From Bacillota bacterium (GTDB taxonomy: Bacteria; Bacillota; Clostridia; Christensenellales; SZUA-584): a stretch of DNA of 64,000 bases. Position 1 is the first letter of the stretch; each line of letters starts with the position of its first letter. Positions 59,476 to 64,000 of this stretch are shown piece after piece. The DNA is taken from NCBI GenBank assembly GCA_023459495.1, contig JAEWTL010000118.1, forward strand, positions 45,949 through 109,948, written 5' to 3'. Made by a program: the position numbers and the translations under genes. A model generated the notes under the pieces. It was not told the DNA's origin. It saw only the letters and a program-made list of their open reading frames with translations, and did no database searches.

Positions 59476-60228
59476 TCAAAATATCTCCAGTTCAATTGGA
59501 CAATGATCCGATCCCATAACGCCGTCATGAATAATAAAATCATGAAGCGACTCTGTAGCGCGCTGCGAGATGCAGCCGTAGTCGATTCGCCAGCCTGCGT
59601 TTCGCGCCCGTGCATTGAACCGATACGACCAGTAAGTATATCGGCCTTCTGCATCAGGATAAAGCTGGCGGAAGGAGTCCACGAAACCCGCGTCCAGCAG
59701 CTCTGTGAACCTTGCACGCTCCTCGTCCGTAAAGCCCGCCGTATGGTGGTTGGACGACGGATTCTTCAGGTCGATCTCTTTATGAGCCACGTTAAGGTCG
59801 CCGCAGACAACTACCGGCTTTTTTGCGTCCAACCCCAGCAGGTACGCACGGAAAGCGTCATCCCACTCCATTCGGTACGAGAGGCGTTTGAGCTCCTCCC
59901 CCGAGTTGGGCACGTACACGCATACAAAGTAAAACTCCTCAAACTCCAGCGTAATCACGCGCCCTTCGGTATCGTGCTCCGGTATACCGATACCGTACGA
60001 CGCGGAAAGTGCCTCCTTGCGGCTGAACACCGCCGTACCCGAATAGCCCTTCCGCTCGGCATAGTTCCAATATTCGTTATAGCCCGGCAGGTCGAGCGCA
60101 ATCTCCCCCTGCTGCAGCTTGGTTTCCTGCACGCAGAATATATCCGCGTCCATGAGCTTAAAAAAATCCACGAAGCCTTTGCCGTAGCAGGCGCGCAGCC
60201 CATTTACATTCCACGATATTATTTTCAT
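59476..60228 (-). CDS. xth: Exodeoxyribonuclease III
   Basis: MKIISWNVNGLRA...CVQETK...GSDHCPI are the ExoIII/AP endonuclease family motifs. Confidence 0.9.
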   Translation of the reverse strand: MKIISWNVNGLRACYGKGFVDFFKLMDADIFCVQETKLQQGEIALDLPGYNEYWNYAERKGYSGTAVFSRKEALSASYGIGIPEHDTEGRVITLEFEEFYFVCVYVPNSGEELKRLSYRMEWDDAFRAYLLGLDAKKPVVVCGDLNVAHKEIDLKNPSSNHHTAGFTDEERARFTELLDAGFVDSFRQLYPDAEGRYTYWSYRFNARARNAGWRIDYGCISQRATESLHDFIIHDGVMGSDHCPIELEIF

Positions 60229-60253
60229 CGACCCCTATACCCCCTTATATCAT

Positions 60254-61192
60254 CTATACGTCTTTAAACAGCTTCAGGTATTCTCCGTAACCTTCCTTCT
60301 CCAAATCTTCCTTCGGGATAAACCGCAGCGCAGCCGAATTGATACAGTACCGCTGACCCGTTGGCTCCGGGCCATCGTCGAACACATGGCCCAGATGAGA
60401 TGCATCGGACCGCACCTCCGTGCGCTGTCGCCCGAAGCTTAAGTCCTCTTTGTATTCAATCCGCTGTTCGTCGAGCGGCTTGGTGAAGCTCGGCCAGCCG
60501 CAGCCCGAGTCGAACTTGTCGAGCGATGAGAATAGCGGCTCCCCTGTCACCACATCGACATAGATGCCCTGCGTGTGGTTGTCCCAGAATTCGTTGCGAA
60601 AGGGCGGCTCCGTATCGCTCTCCTGCGTGACGCGGAACTGCATATCCGTCAACCGCTCACGCAGAGGCGCTTTTTTGTCCCACACACTGCGGATGAAGGG
60701 CGCACGGCCCGAGGCCTCTTTGTATTTCTTGTAACGATCCGGATTCTTCTCATAATAGCGGCAGTGATACCCTTCCGCTGGATAGAACGGAGCCGCAGGC
60801 AGTATCTTTGTGCGTACCGGCTTACCCATCAGCGTCTCAACGCGCCGCAGCGATTCCTCCGCAATGCGCTTTTCTTCCCCGTCGCGGACGAATATCACGG
60901 GCTTGTACTGCGTACCACGGTCGGCAAACTGTCCGCCACCGTCGGTCGGGTCGATCTGACGCCAGTATACATCGAGCAGGTCCCGGAAGGAGACCTTCTC
61001 CGGATCATAAGTCACCTGCACGGCCTCATAATGGCCGGTATCGCCCGCGCATACCTGCTCATAGGTCGGGTTTTCCACGTGCCCGCCCGTATAACCGGGC
61101 AACGATTCAATAACGCCCTCTACATGCGCAAAGGGCGGCTCCATGCACCAGAAGCACCCTCCCGCAAATACAGCAGTTTTTTTCTCACTCAT
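60254..61192 (-). CDS. msrAB: Bifunctional methionine sulfoxide reductase MsrA/MsrB
   Basis: MsrA GGCFWCME, and MsrB ...GCGWPSF...RYCINS. Start trimmed to ATG 61192 (AGGAGGTG RBS). Confidence 0.9.
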   Translation of the reverse strand: MSEKKTAVFAGGCFWCMEPPFAHVEGVIESLPGYTGGHVENPTYEQVCAGDTGHYEAVQVTYDPEKVSFRDLLDVYWRQIDPTDGGGQFADRGTQYKPVIFVRDGEEKRIAEESLRRVETLMGKPVRTKILPAAPFYPAEGYHCRYYEKNPDRYKKYKEASGRAPFIRSVWDKKAPLRERLTDMQFRVTQESDTEPPFRNEFWDNHTQGIYVDVVTGEPLFSSLDKFDSGCGWPSFTKPLDEQRIEYKEDLSFGRQRTEVRSDASHLGHVFDDGPEPTGQRYCINSAALRFIPKEDLEKEGYGEYLKLFKDV

Positions 61193-62243
61193 TTTGATCA
61201 CCTCCTGCGTAGTATTCCCTGAAAATATCCAGCGCCCGCCCAAACGCCTTTGGAACGGGTTTTTCATCAACATCCTGCATCCGCACCCACTCCAGATTCT
61301 CGGCGGCAGGTACAGGCTTGTCCAACTCGTATAAGCAGACGTCCATCTCCCAGCGCTGATGGGTAAACGTATGCTTAACACGCCCAATCAATTTGCCGGT
61401 CGGCAGCGCAAGTCCATATTTCTCTAAGAAAAGCAATTCACTCTCGGCATTTACCCGCATCTCCACCGCGGGCAGTCCCCACATCCCAGCCAGCAACGCA
61501 CCCTTTGGGCGGTGTTCTATCAGTAACAACCCATCGCTGACCACAGCAGCGACACACACTTTAACTTCGCGCGGCGGCTTTTTAGGCGTTTTGACGGGTA
61601 TCTGTTCGACCATGCCCTGCGCATATGCTGTGCAGAGCGGAGCAACCGGGCAGCCCGTACATTCAGGCGATTTGGGTTTGCAGATAAGCGCGCCCAGCTC
61701 CATCAGCGCCTGTGTAAAATCCGACGTGCGGTTCGGCGGCATCATCTCCTGCACGCGGGTCCTAACCTCCCGCCGGGCAGCCGGCGTAGAAATGTCGGAC
61801 AGCAGTCCGTCGATGCGAGCGATCACGCGCAGCACATTCCCGTCCACTGCAGCGCAGGGCTTGCCCATCGATATGCTCATCACCGCGCCTGCAATGTATT
61901 CGCCTGCGCCCGGCAGCGCCAGCCACCCCTCCAGCGTTTCCGGAAATCTTCCATCCAACTGGCCCGCGACGATCTGTGCAGCCCGGTGAAGATTGCGCGC
62001 ACGGGAGTAGTAGCCCAGCCCTTTCCACGCGTTGAGCACGTCGATCTCCGGCGCACTCGCCAGCGCAAATACGTCCGGGAATCGATGCATGAAATCAAGA
62101 TAATACGCGATCACCGTATCAACGCGGGTCTGTTGCAGCATCGTTTCGGACACGAAAATCGCATATGGGTCACTTGTATGCCGCCACGGCAGATCCCTCT
62201 TATTCTTGTCATACCAGTCCAGCAGCAGTTCCGTGACGTTCAT
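61185..62243 (-). CDS. mutY: A/G-specific adenine DNA glycosylase
   Basis: [15 protein letters not shown], HhH-GPD motifs, the 4Fe-4S cluster loop [13 protein letters not shown] and a NUDIX-like C-terminus. Start trimmed to ATG 62243. Confidence 0.9.
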   Translation of the reverse strand: MNVTELLLDWYDKNKRDLPWRHTSDPYAIFVSETMLQQTRVDTVIAYYLDFMHRFPDVFALASAPEIDVLNAWKGLGYYSRARNLHRAAQIVAGQLDGRFPETLEGWLALPGAGEYIAGAVMSISMGKPCAAVDGNVLRVIARIDGLLSDISTPAARREVRTRVQEMMPPNRTSDFTQALMELGALICKPKSPECTGCPVAPLCTAYAQGMVEQIPVKTPKKPPREVKVCVAAVVSDGLLLIEHRPKGALLAGMWGLPAVEMRVNAESELLFLEKYGLALPTGKLIGRVKHTFTHQRWEMDVCLYELDKPVPAAENLEWVRMQDVDEKPVPKAFGRALDIFREYYAGGDQNE

Positions 62244-62328
62244 ACATTCCTCCTGCGTATATTGTAGCATAATACCGGATTTTCGAAAACAAAAACGCGC
62301 CGTGCGGAGCGGAGAAAAATGCTGCGTA

Positions 62329-63156
62329 TTATATATCCGGGCCACTCCTTTCAGCAAAATCATTGAGGCTGCCAAAGCGGTAGCCCATGCTCTCCCATTT
62401 GGTCAGCACGTCGTCCAGTATTGCCGCGTTGGTCGCGGAAGTAATATGAAGCAGCGCGACCTCTCCGGGGTGGGTGCGTGAAATGACGGTATTCATCGCG
62501 TCCGCTGTATTCGGCTGGGCATCGATGAGCCAGTCCTTGTAGGCAAAGCTCCAAAACGCTGTCGTATAGCCGCACCGCTGCGCATACTGCAGCAGCATTT
62601 CGCTGAAATTGCCCTCCGGCGGCCGAAAGAATTTCGCAATATGATGTCCTGTCTGCTCAAACAGCAGATCGTCAAGATCGGAGAGTTCCTTGCTGAACGC
62701 ATCGTAGTCCGTCATGGCCGCCATATTCTTGTGGTTCATAGAATGGCTGCAGATGAGGTGCCCCTCATCCAGCATCCGTTGGACGATCTCCGGCTGGGTC
62801 TTGATGTAATGGCCAACCAGAAAGAACGCAGCCGGTGCGTTATGCGCTTTGAGCGCATCGAGTATTGTGTTCGCGTATCCGTTCTCGTATCCCCCGTCAA
62901 ACGTGATATAGATTACTTTGTCGTCCGGACTGCCGATGGATATGATGTCATAGTTATACGCAAACGCAAATTCCCGGTTTCGCTCGGGTTGCAAACCGTC
63001 GGCACGCGGCATGCAATACCAGCCGTACTGCGTCGTCAGCGTGTGTGCGGTCTGATTAAAAACCATCGCGGATACAAGCCCCAATGGCTGGGACAGTACG
63101 ATCAGGATAACATCCAGACATGCCACAATATATAGTGCGATCTTTCCTCGTTTCAC
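62329..63156 (-). CDS. Polysaccharide deacetylase (NodB homology, PdaA-like) with an N-terminal TM anchor
   Basis: ITFDGGYENGY...FFLVGHY...HSMNH. Start trimmed to the in-frame GTG at 63156 (AAAGGGAG RBS), because the longer ORF overlaps the gerQ-like gene. Confidence 0.8.
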   Translation of the reverse strand: MKRGKIALYIVACLDVILIVLSQPLGLVSAMVFNQTAHTLTTQYGWYCMPRADGLQPERNREFAFAYNYDIISIGSPDDKVIYITFDGGYENGYANTILDALKAHNAPAAFFLVGHYIKTQPEIVQRMLDEGHLICSHSMNHKNMAAMTDYDAFSKELSDLDDLLFEQTGHHIAKFFRPPEGNFSEMLLQYAQRCGYTTAFWSFAYKDWLIDAQPNTADAMNTVISRTHPGEVALLHITSATNAAILDDVLTKWESMGYRFGSLNDFAERSGPDI

Positions 63157-63272
63157 GGCAGCTCCCTTTCGAGAAGATTCCTGATATATGGCTATGAGCC
63201 GGGACGGTTTGATATTCACCTGCGGGAGCGCAAAAAAAAGCCCGGCCGCAGCCAGGCAAAAACAAGAAGATG

Positions 63273-63722
63273 TCAGCCATAGATTGTTACGAACTTGATT
63301 GAATACAGGTCGCACATAAGCAGGTCGTCTGTCTGGAACGGCTGCAGCACGATGTAGCTTGCGCCGACCTCCATCAATACGCCGATACGGTCGACAAGCG
63401 CACCGGAGGTGCCAATCAGAAATTCGACGCGCATGTTGCATCCGATAAAGTTCCGCAAAAATCCCGCCGTATAATACGGGCTCTGAACCGTGGAAGGCGT
63501 ATCGCTCGAAACCGGCGGCATCAGCGCGGTGCCCGGTCCCATCGAGGGCTGCATCTGCATTCCGGCAGAAGGCGTACCCTGCTGTGTGCGCGTCCTTATG
63601 TTTGTCATCTGCGGGCAAGTGGACACTTGAGGCCCGGTTGTCATCCCGGCTGTCCCTGCCATACCCTGCCCGTTCGTCCTTTGATCTCCCTGAACCATGC
63701 CCTGGTTCCATTGGCATGCCAT
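63273..63722 (-). CDS. gerQ: GerQ-like spore coat protein
   Basis: Gln/Gly/Met-rich N-terminus and a conserved C-terminal block ...MRVEFLIGTSGALVDRIGVLMEVGASYIVLQ...CDLYSIKFVTIY. Adjacent to a cwlJ-like gene. Confidence 0.6.
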   Translation of the reverse strand: MACQWNQGMVQGDQRTNGQGMAGTAGMTTGPQVSTCPQMTNIRTRTQQGTPSAGMQMQPSMGPGTALMPPVSSDTPSTVQSPYYTAGFLRNFIGCNMRVEFLIGTSGALVDRIGVLMEVGASYIVLQPFQTDDLLMCDLYSIKFVTIYG

Positions 63723-63744
63723 ATTGTCTTCCCCCTATCCAAGA

Positions 63745-64000
63745 TTATGTCTCAGCATACAGAGCGGTCGGCTGAAAAAAGCAGTGCTGATTAACCCGGT
63801 TGAACTGCACGCCTGTTCGATTGTATGGAAAATACGGCGGACATGACGCGCTGAACGGATTCATATACCAGAGCGTCTGAATCGCGCCCGAATGTACATT
63901 GCCCGCGAGTGCCCAGTCCGCCACATCGTAATGGATCTGATCGGGAGGGCTGCTCCAAACCGTCTGCGGGTTGAACTCGCCGCCCACAGTCGACATGTAG
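63745..64000 (-). CDS. cwlJ: CwlJ/SleB-family cell wall hydrolase, C-terminal part (runs off the window edge)
   Basis: ...ALAGNVHSGAIQTLWYMNP...QHCFF is the Hydrolase_2 C-terminus. The ORF is open to the window end. Confidence 0.65.
   Translation of the reverse strand, partial: YMSTVGGEFNPQTVWSSPPDQIHYDVADWALAGNVHSGAIQTLWYMNPFSASCPPYFPYNRTGVQFNRVNQHCFFQPTALYAET

Noticed and set aside
62329-63717. 462-aa ORF as a single deacetylase gene
   Set aside because: Its first ~190 codons overlap the gerQ-like ORF in another frame and look non-protein-like (Arg/Ala/Gly-rich). An in-frame GTG at 63156 with an RBS begins a TM anchor followed by the NodB domain.

Overview
The window looks like chromosome from a spore-forming Clostridia-type Firmicute (cwlJ/gerQ/pdaA-like genes, GGAGG ribosome-binding sites, tightly packed minus-strand operons). 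It has three parts.

(1) 1-21.2 kb, host genes:
- lgt with a long C-terminal tail
- a GT2-GtrA fusion
- a three-gene zinc-ribbon operon
- an AmmeMemoRadiSam pair
- a histidine kinase plus a response-regulator-HD-GYP pair
- an acyl-AMP ligase / ACP / bimodular NRPS (C-A-T-C-A-T-R) cluster
- an HD-domain gene

(2) About 21.2-59.2 kb, a roughly 38 kb Mu-like transposable siphovirus prophage, transcribed mostly on the minus strand. Reading from the high-coordinate end it contains:
- an S24/cI-type repressor (+) and a Cro/Ner-like HTH gene
- small early ORFs, a MuA-like DDE transposase and a MuB-like ATPase
- an orphan DNA methyltransferase, Gam, GemA and Mor
- a gp27-like small terminase, a NusG paralog and the large terminase
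- portal, Mu-F-like protein, scaffold and capsid
- connectors, major tail protein, frameshifted chaperone and tape measure
- Dit, a Gp37-like protein and two paralogous tail fibres
- holin and endolysin

The termini carry Mu-like (A)CGCAAAAA-type repeats.

(3) 59.2-64 kb, host genes: a small zinc-ribbon ORF, xth, msrAB, mutY, a polysaccharide deacetylase, a gerQ-like gene and a partial cwlJ-like gene.

The most interesting signal is in the prophage early operon. Two copies of a complete type-II hammerhead core bracket one 61-aa ORF. Two copies of a twister-like motif bracket one 174-aa ORF. This suggests ribozyme-excised single-cistron RNAs.

Other leads:
- a DUF2829/Tad2-like ORF and a dockerin-bearing ORF between the two tail-fibre genes
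- a promoter/terminator-equipped moron island inside the tail module
- a phage NusG paralog together with several internal terminators
- a Cheo (LexA) box in front of the methyltransferase gene
- a leaderless plus-strand two-gene cassette
- a serine recombinase with GTTCCGCG repeats in the left arm

I recognised no rRNA, tRNA or CRISPR array. All homology calls rest on motif recognition by eye; no searches were run.
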